Shown here: one piece after another, positions 28,801 to 39,678 of the stretch
How the letters are laid out: the number at the start of each line of letters is the position of its first letter
Numbering within the stretch: the first letter of the stretch is position 1
Source of the DNA: Octopus bimaculoides
Lineage: Eukaryota
Reading direction: 5' to 3'
DNA length: 64,000 nucleotides
Assembly (NCBI RefSeq): GCF_001194135.2
Contig: NC_068981.1
Location: 127,435,752 to 127,499,751 of the forward strand
Position numbers and translations under genes: made by a program
The notes under the pieces: model-generated
What the model was told of the DNA's origin: nothing
The model's input: the letters and a program-made list of their open reading frames with translations, nothing else
Database searches by the model: none

Positions 28801-30563
28801 AACCCAGGATGACATGAGATGAAGTATTGAAGGCCAATATGAAAAGGCTAAGCCTTACAAAGGAGATGACAATGGATATTTGGCACTTTGCTGTATTCAA
28901 GAAAACCCACCTGTCATAGCAGTATTAATATCTCAAAACTACCTTGGTAATGCTTACCTCCATCCTCGCTGCCCTGTCAACCTTCTATCCCCTGTCACAT
29001 TTCATCCCCCAAAACCCATCACTTCTATCATCTAAGAGCAGAATAAACACATACTACACTCTGTGGCTTACTCAGTTACCTTTACCCTCCAGCAGTTACT
29101 TTTCTTTCCCTGCCTACTGTCTCCACCAATCACCTTCTTTCTGTGCCTTCTCTCCCCTCTCTTGTGCTGCTCTCCATCATCAACTCCTCACTTGCCTGCT
29201 ATCTCAATGCCCTCACATATCTGCTGCAACTCCCACCCTTGAGCCTCTCCTATATTTCTCTCCATCATTTGCTACAGTCAGCTCATCCTACCCACTTACT
29301 CAGCCACAACCTCTACATCACTTCACCAATTCTCACCACCCCCAATGTCCCTGAAGAGCATGTCCCAACATCCTCTCTCTCCCACTGCCATTCTCTTTAT
29401 CTTATTCTTCAACTCACTTTTCTTTGTTTTCTAACTGAGGTATATGTGTATCTATTCTACAGTGACACTTATATCTGTCCTCTCAATACCTTAAATCTTT
29501 CAACTGGCACACAGCCACACACTCCTATCTACTCCCACTTCCAGTTGAGGAGCTTTTGTCTTGCAAAGTACTTGGTGGCCCTCTTGAAGCTGGTAACACG
29601 TAAAAAGCACTGGTGCTGGTTCCATACAAAAAGCACTGGTGCTGGTTCCACATAAAACACACTGGTGTTGGTGTCACATGAAAAGCATTGGTGATGGTGC
29701 CATGTATAAAGTGTTGGTGCTAGTACCATGTAAAAAGGCACTTGTGCTGGTGCCACATAAAAAGCACTGGTGCTGGAGCTCCATGAAAAGCATTGGTGAT
29801 GGCACATTGTGAAAAGCACTGGTGCTTCATAAAAACCACTGGTGCTGGTTCTACATAAAAATCACCCAGTACACACTGTAAAGTGGTTTGCATTAGGAAG
29901 GGCATCCAGCTTTAGAAACCATGCCAAAACAGACAATGGAATATGGTGTAGTTCCTAGCTTGCCACTTCCTGTCAAATTGTCCAACTCATAGCAGAATGG
30001 AAAATGGATGTTAAATGATGCCATCGCTGTTAACAATGCCAATGATGACAACGATATCTCAGCCATAGTGATGAATCTGCTTACTGACAGACGTATCAAC
30101 AGTTTGTATTCTGTCATAAATACTGTGTTGTGTCAGTAGCTAATACACCTATTGGTCCAATCTTCCTAGTAATAGAGACCAACTAATTTTTACTCTCTTT
30201 ACTATTATATTATTCAATTTTTGCTGTTTGTTTTATTTCTTTCAGGTGCAAACGAAAGATCCTTTGGATCCATGCACACCACTTCTAAGCAGCTGGAAAC
30301 GGGAAAATATTGTAAGTTGTCGCTTTTGTTTTACTTTTAATTTAATACTAAAACATCTGAGGTTCTATATTATTCTTCAGTTATAAAATGTCTGAGGTGC
30401 TATATTGTTCTCTCATCCTTAAATCTGCTTTAGTATCACATTTGTTTTGTCATTTAAGAACCATCTGAAGTGTTCTGTTACCATATTAACTATATCTTTC
30501 TGACTGTCAATAATTAGCTATATTTCTTTATACTGATATGTATAATACACACACACACACATG

Positions 30564-30630
<67 letters not shown>

Positions 30631-33600
30631 CATATTCTTAACTATGCAGGGAATATGAGAACAAACTGTTTTAATTTCCAATTTTTTTCTAATTTCCTAA
30701 TCCTTGACTTTGAATTTTTAATATTTGATAAGATGGATATACACTTCAAACCAGTGATATTTTATAAAAGTCACTTAATGTAACAAATATAAAAATACTT
30801 ATCCACACTGGTATCCTTAAAAAGAAAGATCACATGTTTTAAACCCAAAATTGCAGATTGACTTGCGTACTTAATGATAGGTTGTCAATGACTGTGATAC
30901 AACCAAATTTTGAAGTTTTGCTTCTGACCAAACATCTGTGGATACACATATTTAATGAGACAAATGAAGCAAAACTGAAAAAAAAAAAAAACTATATCTA
31001 ATTTCCTGTTAAAAAATATATTCTAGCGACAGAAGCAGTACTAATACTGAGAGGTAATTATCCCCAATTAATCATGAATATTCTGTTAGAACAAACTATA
31101 CCACGGTAGATACTGTGAGAGGAACTCTCAGACTGGGTTTTGGTTCAAAATGCACCCTTGCTTATATTGCTAGTGGGGAGATAAATCTCTGCTATCTCAA
31201 GTGCCAAGTCCATCAGATCACTTGATTTCAACCTTCCTTGGTCTTGTCAATGATAGACACTTGAGTGCTAACGATAGTGGTCAGATGACCACATCCGTCA
31301 TTGGTTGAAATCAAGTGGGTGATCTCAGCACTAGAAATAGTGGGAATTTATCTCCCCCCCCCCCTAGCAATATAAGCAAGAGTGCATTTTGCACCAAAAA
31401 CCAATATGAAAGTTTCTCTTATGGCATCTATCACAGTATAGTTTGTTCTAACAGAACATCCATGTTTAGGTGAGGATAGATATTACCTCTAATTTCTTGG
31501 TACTCAGAAAGATGTTTATGTTTTTTGTACTTGTTTTGCAGTTTCCGGCAGCTATAAAAGAAGTTTATGTAATTTTTCGTTATGGATCTGAAAGTAAACA
31601 GAGCTTTCGCAATGCCTGGGTTTTACAACAAAAAATCATTCAGAATTATGGTGGAAAATTTATTGGATTTTCAGATAACGTGAGATACTATTCTTCAGTG
31701 CTTTATTGTTTTGTGTAGCTGTGATCAGAATGTACTAGCTTAATTTTGTGGTTGTTAAGTTATGTAGTGTCTAGTTTGTTCAGTGGTTAAAACATGTGGT
31801 AGCTGAAACAGTTGGTAGCTAGATGTATTGTAACTGAGACTTGTGGTAGCTGGTACATATTATCTTTTCTATTTTAAGCACAAGGCCTAAAATTTTGAGA
31901 AAGATGGGTAATCGATAACATCAAATTACCCCAGAAGTCAACTGGTATTATTTTATCAACCCTGAAAAAATGAAAGGTAAAAGTTGACCTTGACAGAATT
32001 TGAACCCAGAATGTAAGGATAGATGAAATGCCACTAAGTATTTTGTCCAGCATGTTAGCTATTTTGCCAGCTCACCACCTTTGGCTTGCACATAAAATAG
32101 CTAGCTTGTATTGTTACTGATAAATGTTGCAGCTGAAACATGGCACAGAGAGATGGGAAACATAGTTTACCTGGAAACTGATGAATCTGGCGATAAGTTT
32201 GTACTGTGGTTTGTTAATGTGATGACTAGTTTGTGTGATAGCAAGTCTTTATCATCATCATCATCATCGTTTAACATCCGCCTTCCATGCTAGCATGGGT
32301 TGGACGATTTGACTGAGGACTGGCAAACCAGATGGCTACACCAGGCTCCAATCTGATTTGGCAGAGTTCTACAGCTGGATGCCCTTCCTAACGCCAACCA
32401 CTCCGAGAGTGTAGTGGGTGCTTTTACGTGCCACCGGCACGAAGGCCAGTCAGGCGGTACTGGCAACGGCCATGCTCAAAATGGTGCATTTTACGTGCCA
32501 CCTGCACAGGAGCCAGTCTAGCAGCACTGGCATTGATCTCGCTCGAATGTTTTTTCACGTGCTACTGGCACAAGTGCTAGTAAGGCGACGCTGGTAACGA
32601 TTACGCTCAAATGGTGCTATTTACGTGCCACTGGCACAGAAGCCAGACAGCTGCTCTGGCAAGGTCTTCGCAAGCCTAGTTTAGTGTCCAATGAAGGAGA
32701 GGTTGGCATGGGTGCCAGTCATCAAATTTGGTTCGATTTCGATTTCACTTGCCTCAACAGGTCTTCACAAGCAGAGTTTAGTGTCCAGTGAAGGAAAGGT
32801 ACGCATAAGTGGGCTGGCTACACCCCTNNNNNNNNNNNNNNNNNNNNNNNNNNNNNNNNNNNNNNNNNNNNNNNNNNNNNNNNNNNNNNNNNNNNNNNNN
32901 NNNNNNNNNNNNNNNNNNNNNNNNNNNNNNNNNNNNNNNNNNNNNNNNNNNNNNNNNNNNNNNNNNNNNNNNNNNNNNNNNNNNNNNNNNNNNNNNNNNN
33001 NNNNNNNNNNNNNNNNNNNNNNNNNNNNNNNNNNNNNNNNNNNNNNNNNNNNNNNNNNNNNNNNNNNNNNNNNNNNNNNNNNNNNNNNNNNNNNNNNNNN
33101 NNNNNNNNNNNNNNNNNNNNNNNNNNNNNNNNNNNNNNNNNNNNNNNNNNNNNNNNNNNNNNNNNNNNNNNNNNNNNNNNNNNNNNNNNNNNNNNNNNNN
33201 NNNNNNNNNNNNNNNNNNNNNNNNNNNNNNNNNNNNNNNNNNNNNNNNNNNNNNNNNNNNNNNNNNNNNNNNNNNNNNNNNNNNNNNNNNNNNNNNNNNN
33301 NNNNNNNNNNNNNNNNGCCCAGGCTATTCTTATTCTAGCAGCTATACTTTCAGCGCACCCTCCCCCACTACTAACTTGGTCACCTAGATAACGGAAGCTA
33401 TCAACTATGTCTAGTTTTTCTCCCTGGAATGTGGCAGAAGTTGTTTTCTGCACGTTTTCAGTGTTTATTGTTCCTGAACATCTGCCACATACAAAAACTA
33501 TCTTGCTAGTTAGCCTTCCTTTGATATTGCTGCACCTCTTATGTGTCCATAGCTTACACTGGGTACATCTTATAGAGTTTCTACCTATGCCTTTTCTACA

Positions 33601-36600
33601 GTTCGAGCAGGGCCATCTACCTGAAGGGGTTTGTGTTTTGTCTACCTTCCTACTTATTATGACTTTGGTTTTAGCTAGGTTAACTCTAAGGCCCTTTGAT
33701 TCTAGTCCTTGCTTCCACACCTGAAACTTCTCCTGTTGTTCTGATAGTGACTCAGCAATTAGCACAAGGTCATCAGCATAGATTAGTTCCCAGGGGCATC
33801 CTGTCTTGAATTCCTGTGTTACTGCCTGGAGGACTATGATAAATAGGAGGGGACTGAGGACTGAACCATGGTGTACCCTTACCTCTACCTGGAATTCTTC
33901 ACGATACTCGTTGCCAACCCTCACCTTACTGACAGCATCTCTGTACATGGCTTGCACAGCTCTCACTAACCATTCTTCTATCCCTAGTTTCCTCATTGAC
34001 CACCAAATAAGGGATCGGGGGACCCTGTCAAAGGCTTTCTCCATGTCAACAAAAGCCAGGTACAGAGGTTTATCTTTGGTTAGGTATTTCTCCTGCATCT
34101 GTCTTACCAGAAATATAGCATCAGTGATGCTTTTCCCTGGCATGAACCCAAACTGCATCTCAACTAAACTGACTCTCTCCCTAGTTAGTTGAGCTATGAC
34201 CCTCTCCATGACCTTCATTACCTGATCCAACAACTTGATATCTCTATAATTATTTGTATCTAAAGCATCACCTTTACCTTTGTAGCAGTTGACTATGGTG
34301 CTGCTACACCAGTCATTGGGTATGACTCTTTTGTGTATCACCTGGTTAACAATGCGGGTGACTGCCAGATATTTTGAACATCTCTGTAGTGATTCCTGAT
34401 GGGCCAGGGGCTTTCCCTGTCTTCATACTCTTAATTGCTTTATCTACCATGGTACTGTCAATTAGTATAGCTGGTCCCTCTGTTGGGTCGACATTCAGCA
34501 GACTCTCTTTCTCCCATTCATTCTCTTTATTAAGCAATCTTTATAACAATAATAAGATGAAAATGATTTAATGAGTTAAAAGTAACAAAGTGATAAGGTT
34601 AGCATGAATGTCTTACTTAATGGTCCAGATAACTAAAGATTGTGATGGCCTGCTTGTCTACTCTACAATATTAAGTCCTGGAAGTAGAAGTATTCATTGA
34701 AGATAGAAGTGAAGCTGGTGAAAATGATAAATGTTGACAGTAACACTATGGCAACATGGAAGGTTGAGGCTAGTTTCTCTCCTGTTTACTCTATGTTTGG
34801 AACAATATAGCTACAATACATAGGGATTTTTACTTGCCAAGAGAACCTATAAGTGTCTGTTGTTTCTGCTGTGCTTGAATGAGTACAAGGGTCTTAGTAA
34901 AGTTACTTGTAACATACTTTGAGTGCTGAATTGCTGAATATTGACTGTATGGGTCATTTTGTGAAATGATTGATTTTATTTAACTAAGTCTCCATTTATA
35001 TTGATGTTGATTGAGTTAACAGGGTTCTGTTTACTAACCAAAATATTAATGGTTCCTATCCTGATACTGATTTAGTACACTTTAGTCCTATGGAGAAGTT
35101 CAGTTCATTAACGTATAAGATAGTGTTTTGTTAGCTCACAGAGCTGAATTCAAAGTGCTTGTCAGTGAAAATAGAGCTCTACTTCTGCAAACACTCTTTT
35201 GATCTCCACATGAAAACAAATTGTTCATTTGCCTCAGTATCTTCTTAGATTATGAGATATTAATTCTTTTTCTTTTTCTTTTTAATATTAAGAAAGTATT
35301 GCGGAGATGTACTTGCATAGCAAGTGACCTGATCTGAGATCGTGCGCTGGAACGAAAACAATTGATTAAGAAAGTAAAAGTGAATAATTAGCAGAAATGT
35401 TAGGTGCTGGGCAAAGTGCTTAGAAACATTTGTTTTGGCTCTTTATCTTCAGAGTTCAAATATTGCTAAGGTTGACTTTGACTTTTATCCTTTCTAGGGT
35501 GATAAAAATAAGTAACTAAAGTTTGTGATGTCCGCTTGTCTACTCTACAGTATTAAGTCCTGGAAGTAGTACAACTAGTTGAAGATAGAGGTGAATCTGA
35601 TGAAAATGATAAATGTTAACAGCAACACCATGGCAACTTGGAAAGTTGAGGCTAGTTTCCTTCCTGTTTACTCTATGTTTGAAACAGTAGAGCTGTAACA
35701 CTTAGGGATTTTGAGCATTGTGGTTAATGTAATTGACTTCCCTTAAAATGCTGGCCTTGTACCAAAACTTAGAAAGAATATTAGGAAAGTAAAGTGGCAG
35801 AAACACTTTATTGTATGTAGCAGTGTTCTTCCATGGTCTGAGTTCAAATCTTTGCTACTTCAACGTAAGAAATCAATATTATTTTACAAGAAAAAAAAAA
35901 TATCATTGTCAGTTGAATACTATTCACATTCTTCTTCTTCTTCTTCTTCTTCTTCTTCTTCTTCTTCTTCTTCTTCTTCTTCTTCTTCTTCTTCTTCTTC
36001 TTCTTCTTCTTCTTCTTCTTCTTCTTCTTCTTCTNNNNNNNNNNNNNNNNNNNNNNNNNNNNNNNNNNNNNNNNNNNNNNNNNNNNNNNNNNNNNNNNNN
36101 NNNNNNNNNNNNNNNNNNNNNCTTCTTCTTCTTCTTCTTCTTCTTCTTCTTCTTCTTCTTCTTCTTCTTCTTCTTCTTCTTCTTCTTCTTCTTCTTCTTC
36201 TTCTTCTTCTTCTTCTTCTTCTTCTTCTTCTACAGATTGTGAACTTGGAGAAGTCTGATTGGCCAAGTAACCACTGCATTGTTATACTCTGCTTCCTAAG
36301 CCTTGAGCAAGCAATACGTTGGATAAACAGTGATCGAATATTTAAACAACAGGATATGGAATATGAAGCATTTGTTGTCCCTTTACAATATATTCCTGAT
36401 TTGGGTGAGATATTTTTTGAATTTTGATTCAGTTCTGAATAAATTATATTTCTTTATTTTCGAAGGTGAGTCACTTCTCGCCATTGTCCTCCTCCTCTTC
36501 CTTCTCCCCCGCCCCTCCTCCTCCTTCTCCTCCTCCTCCTCCTCATCATCCTCCTCTTCATCCTCCTCTCCATCCTCCTCTTCATCCTCATCCTCCTCAT

Positions 36601-39032
36601 CCTCGTCCTCCTCCTCACTGTCACCATCGTCATTATCGCCATGACACATGCTGGCAGTTTTAAAGGCAAAGGATTACCTTTGATGGTTATCCTTTTGCTT
36701 TCTTTATCTGCACATATCAGATGATGAGATAAAATTTACACACTAGAGTGGTGTATTATTTTCTTTTGCTGACACAGCCATGTATAAAATCATTAAATCT
36801 ACTGATGGTATTCACAAGAATCTTGTTGCTCATATCGATGGAGAAAGTTTCATTCTGGTACTCATGTTGCAGTGCCAATGCATGTCTTTCAACCAATCAA
36901 GCGATGCTGAACTTTTTGCTTTGAGTAGTTCCAAATTGAATGTTATTGAAGACTTCAAGTACTTGGGTGGTTGGGTGAGCAGTTCAGAAGCACACATCAA
37001 GATAGGAACGCACAAACATGGACAGCCTGTTACAAACTAAAGAAGGTCTGGAACTCCAAATTACCAAGGTGAATCAGAATCAAACTGTTCATTGCAACTG
37101 TCAAATCACTGCTATTAATGGCAGTGAAACATGGACATTGACAAAGAAATTATCAAATGAGCTAGATGGCTGCTACACAAGTGGCCTTAAATGTGAAATG
37201 GCCTTAAATGTAAAGTGGCAGCTACAAATGGCCTTAAATGTGAAATGGCAGTAACATATGACAAGCAAATGCCTTTATGGAGGCCTGCCAAAGTTAGTGA
37301 AAAGATCAAGTAAAGATGGCTGTGACTATCTGGTCACTGCGTGCACTACCCTGAACTGTAAGCATCTAAATTAGTCTTGTGGAACCTACTTCATGGTAAT
37401 GTAAGAAGTAGAAAATGTCATCACACTTATGTCAACCACTTGATCACAGACACTGGCTTGGAATGTATCCAGGACCTCGAGGCAGTGATGATGGACCTAG
37501 AGGCGTGGTGGGTGGACTTTGTTGCTGCAGCTTGGGTTGGAACCTGACTAAAATAAAATAATGATTGCAGTGCCAAATAATAATGAATGTGCATTGGTAT
37601 TAAAGAAAATATATTCAGTGATATATTTAAAAGAATATATTCATAAGCTGAGTAAATAAAAAAAAATGTCATCCAAAGTTCTCTCCATGCAACCTATCAT
37701 CTAAAATGGATTTGAGCTACAACACTTGGAATCTTTAATTTGAAAAATATGCCAGCTATAAAGGGAAAAGGCAGAAATTTTGGTCTATAAAAACATTTAC
37801 AATAACCGTAATATTAACAGGTTCTACCTTATAAAGAAACATAATACTAACCACTGTATGAATTCCTAGTAAACATCAATTATTTTTTAAGAAGAAGTTT
37901 GTGACCAGTCCTCTTAAAAATGTTAACAGTTTTCAATTTGGTTAAGAACTGAATGAGCAACAAAGTCTGAAAGATGTTGCATGTGAGTAAATTGCAGCCT
38001 TAAGAATATTATTCAACTACTACCGTAGTTGAATGATAATGCATATATGCAAATATTACATTCATATAGCCACATATGTATGCAGACCTATGATTTATAA
38101 GAAGATTATATTTTTCTATTTTGTCTCTTTCCCATTTTTGTTCTTTACCAGCTTATACCACATTTATGCTAATGGATATTGAAGTACAGTTTCCAGATGA
38201 ATTAATTACCAAGTTTGAGAAAGAGTATGTCAGGCCTGCAGCAGCCGTTATGGATAAATTTGAAGTTGCTCATGGTGTTGTTGCCTCTAATGATATTCAT
38301 CAGTTCAGACAAACTACCTGGGATATTCAGGGCAAAACTATAGTAATCCACCAGTTCAAGTCAGACAGTCACTTTTATGATTTTTACCAAAGTGGTAAGT
38401 GAATTTCTTATCTAGTTGCTGTCATTCTCAGCAATAGTATTGTTGTTCATCATTTAACTTACAAAAATATAGAAATTTACTGTAGTTATAAAAATATGTC
38501 CTTCTGTTGAAATGTAATTTCAGTAAATTTCTATATCTTTGTGCAGCTGAGGATTGCTCTGTATTTTATATTTGATGTAATGCTGACATTGCTTAATTAA
38601 ATGGAGTTGCATGAAACGATCGTACCGCATTAACTTTGCATATCCTTGTTGCTTATTTTGACTTTAATCACCTTATTTTGAAACTCTATGGATAATACCA
38701 TACTTAATTCTGGTGCCTAAACTTAAGTACCATATTCACCTGAATATATATGTATATATATATATATATATATATACATGTACATATATATGTATATACA
38801 CACATATATATTATGTATATATATATATATGTGTATGTATTTATATGTATGTATACACACACACACACATTCACACATATGTTTGTATGTGTATGAATGT
38901 ATATTCTATTTTTCTTAATTTTCTTTTTCAGATGAATACCAAAACTTAATTGATGTCAGAAGAAACTTATACCATTCAAATGTGATCATGTTCACCCTTA
39001 TCAATGACCCTCCTCTGTTTACCAAGGGTTAG
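25878..39032 (+). CDS. Uncharacterised ~245-aa protein with two tandem DUF1330-like (dimeric alpha-beta barrel type) domains
   Basis: Exons 25878-25898 (tentative), 30246-30311, 31542-31679, 36236-36404, 38152-38394 and 38932-39032 splice GT-AG with phases 0,0,0,1,1 into one open frame (738 nt with stop). Motifs: NYGGKF..LEKSDWP..IVILCFLSLEQAIRWINSD and IVIHQFKS..FYDFYQSDEYQNLIDVRR. Confidence 0.8.
26160..26880 (-). mobile_element. Penelope-like element 3' part with GIY-YIG endonuclease remnant
   Basis: ORF 26644-26847 reads YSLQCTEGWC..TYIGETAHIIGERIGEHRR..SSVLYQHAWAEH. The downstream segment ~26205-26400 has a diverged second copy at ~28430-28640. Confidence 0.7.
26943..28429 (-). mobile_element. 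5'-truncated RTE LINE (RT fragment, gap, 3' tail)
   Basis: VPRSLIWWSMRKLG..GVHQGSVLSPLLF..LLYADDLALIAES at 28105-28429; (GAT)n tail at 26943. Confidence 0.85.
28720..28915 (+). mobile_element. Older RTE-type LINE ORF C-terminal remnant
   Basis: Degenerate VMRMDEDS....CGRGKPRMT...VLKANMKRLSLT. Confidence 0.5.
29601..30020 (+). mobile_element. Element with a ~24-bp tandem array (AAAAGCACTGGTGCTGGTTCCACAT-like) fused to an RTE-type 3' end
   Basis: About 11 degenerate units at 29601-29860, then TTAGGAAGGGCATCCAGC...GGATGTTAAATGATG; similar pieces near 48280-48560 and 51600-51870. Confidence 0.65.
30246..30311 (+). CDS. DUF1330-like gene exon (VQTKDPLDPCTPLLSSWKRENI)
   Basis: Long pyrimidine tract plus ttcag| acceptor, |gtaagt donor, 66 nt. 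Confidence 0.7.
30546..30626. repeat. (CA)n microsatellite
   Basis: Direct reading. Confidence 0.95.
31050..31490. mobile_element. Fold-back/MITE-like element with ~145-bp imperfect terminal arms
   Basis: CTGTTAGAACAAACTATAC...CAAAATGCAC..TTGCTTATATTGCTAG at the left is mirrored at the right; a single-arm copy lies at ~26050-26160. Confidence 0.7.
31542..31679 (+). CDS. DUF1330-like gene exon (FPAAIKEVYVIF...NYGGKFIGFSDN)
   Basis: ttgcag| acceptor, |gtgaga donor, 138 nt. Confidence 0.85.
32251..34537 (-). mobile_element. 5'-truncated RTE LINE with RT domain, 3'UTR and (GAT)n tail, intronic and antisense to the DUF1330-like gene
   Basis: ORF 32818-34341 (interrupted by an N gap) has KGKGD..NYRDIKLL, QFGFMPGKS, FVDMEKAFDRV, HGSVLSPLLF, YADD and FRYLG; frameshifted upstream piece KTGKAPGPSGI. 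Confidence 0.92.
34640..35712. repeat. Pair of ~190-bp diverged direct repeats (34640-34830 and 35523-35712)
   Basis: Shared GCTTGTCTACTCTACA.TATTAAGTCCTGGAAGTAG...ATGGCAAC.TGGAA.GTTGAGGCTAGTTTC...TAGGGATTTT. Confidence 0.8.
35299..35364. mobile_element. 66-bp insertion (head of the 16779 element) with 12-bp TSD
   Basis: TSD ATTAAGAAAGTA at 35287-35298 and 35365-35376; core matches 16778-16838 with 2 mismatches. Confidence 0.8.
35929..36230 (+). repeat. (CTT)n trinucleotide tract abutting a 3' splice site
   Basis: About 35 + 36 visible units either side of an 87-N gap; ends at ...cttctacag|exon. Confidence 0.95.
36236..36404 (+). CDS. DUF1330-like gene exon (IVNLEKSDWP...LQYIPDL)
   Basis: (ctt)n-tacag| acceptor, G|gtgaga donor, 169 nt. 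Confidence 0.85.
36485..36640 (+). repeat. (CCT/CAT)-rich low-complexity tract
   Basis: Direct reading; source of the poly-S and poly-E shadow ORFs. Confidence 0.85.
36850..37420 (+). mobile_element. Old degraded LINE (RT C-terminal) remnant
   Basis: VIEDFKYLGGWVSSSE, NGSETWTLTKKL..ELDGCYT, ALNVKWQ and LYGGLPK. Confidence 0.65.
38152..38394 (+). CDS. DUF1330-like gene exon (AYTTFMLMDIEV...FYDFYQS)
   Basis: accag| acceptor, G|gtaagt donor, 243 nt. Confidence 0.88.
38932..39032 (+). CDS. DUF1330-like gene terminal exon (DEYQNLIDVRRNLYHSNVIMFTLINDPPLFTKG*)
   Basis: tttcag| acceptor, TAG at 39030-39032, AATAAA at 39186-39191. Confidence 0.85.
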
Positions 39033-39314
39033 GTTTTACTAATGTGATGCTTCAAGTTGTTCATTAGTTGCTTCCATGGTGCTTCATTTTCTGAGAATTC
39101 TTCCTCGATGTTGTTCCAATTGAAAAACTGTTGCTCCTGTCTGTTTATTTGCAACTTAGAGCTAGAACTGTAAAAAGTCAACTCAAATAAAATTTGAATG
39201 AAACATTTCAAAAGTTTACTTTGTACTGTTCTATTCTTCCTTATTACTATTATTGTTGATTTACTGATCTGTTGTTGCTATTTCATGTTGCTGTTTCTTT
39301 TTAATTTAGCATTA

Positions 39315-39480
39315 TCTATATCTATAAAAATGAGAATGTGTGCCTGTCTGTCTGTGTGTGTGTGTCTGTGTGAATCCCTAAAACTCAAGAACTACACAAC
39401 CAATTTCATTCAAATTTTACACATGCCTTACTTAGGGTTCCGGTTGTGTTTTAGTCCAAAAATTTTTTCACTTCTTGCAT
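39315..39480 (+). mobile_element. Possible non-autonomous Helitron/Helentron-like 5' fragment
   Basis: TCTATATCTATAAAA start followed by a (GTCT)/(GT) microsatellite and a spacer; pattern recall only. Confidence 0.3.
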
Positions 39481-39642
39481 AGTTCAAGCCCACAGCAACA
39501 TCAACTCTTATGACATACCATGTCATAAGTGTCTGTATATTGTATTTTTTGTCATTTTGGTTATAAAATAAACAGATTAATCAATGGAATACATTGTCTG
39601 CAAGTTGATGAGTACCTCATATTCCCCTCCATTTTCTTATTG

Positions 39643-39672
<30 letters not shown>

Positions 39673-39678
<6 letters not shown>

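Noticed and set aside
29601-29860. CRISPR-like array of palindromic ~24-bp repeats
   Set aside because: Units are contiguous with no unique spacers, are degenerate, lie in eukaryotic DNA and are attached to a retroposon tail
18014-36427. Very long ORFs containing X runs or homopolymeric amino acids (18014-19063, 19782-21098, 27013-28492, 35811-36427 and others)
   Set aside because: Artefacts of N gaps and microsatellites; only the flanking transposon and exon pieces are real
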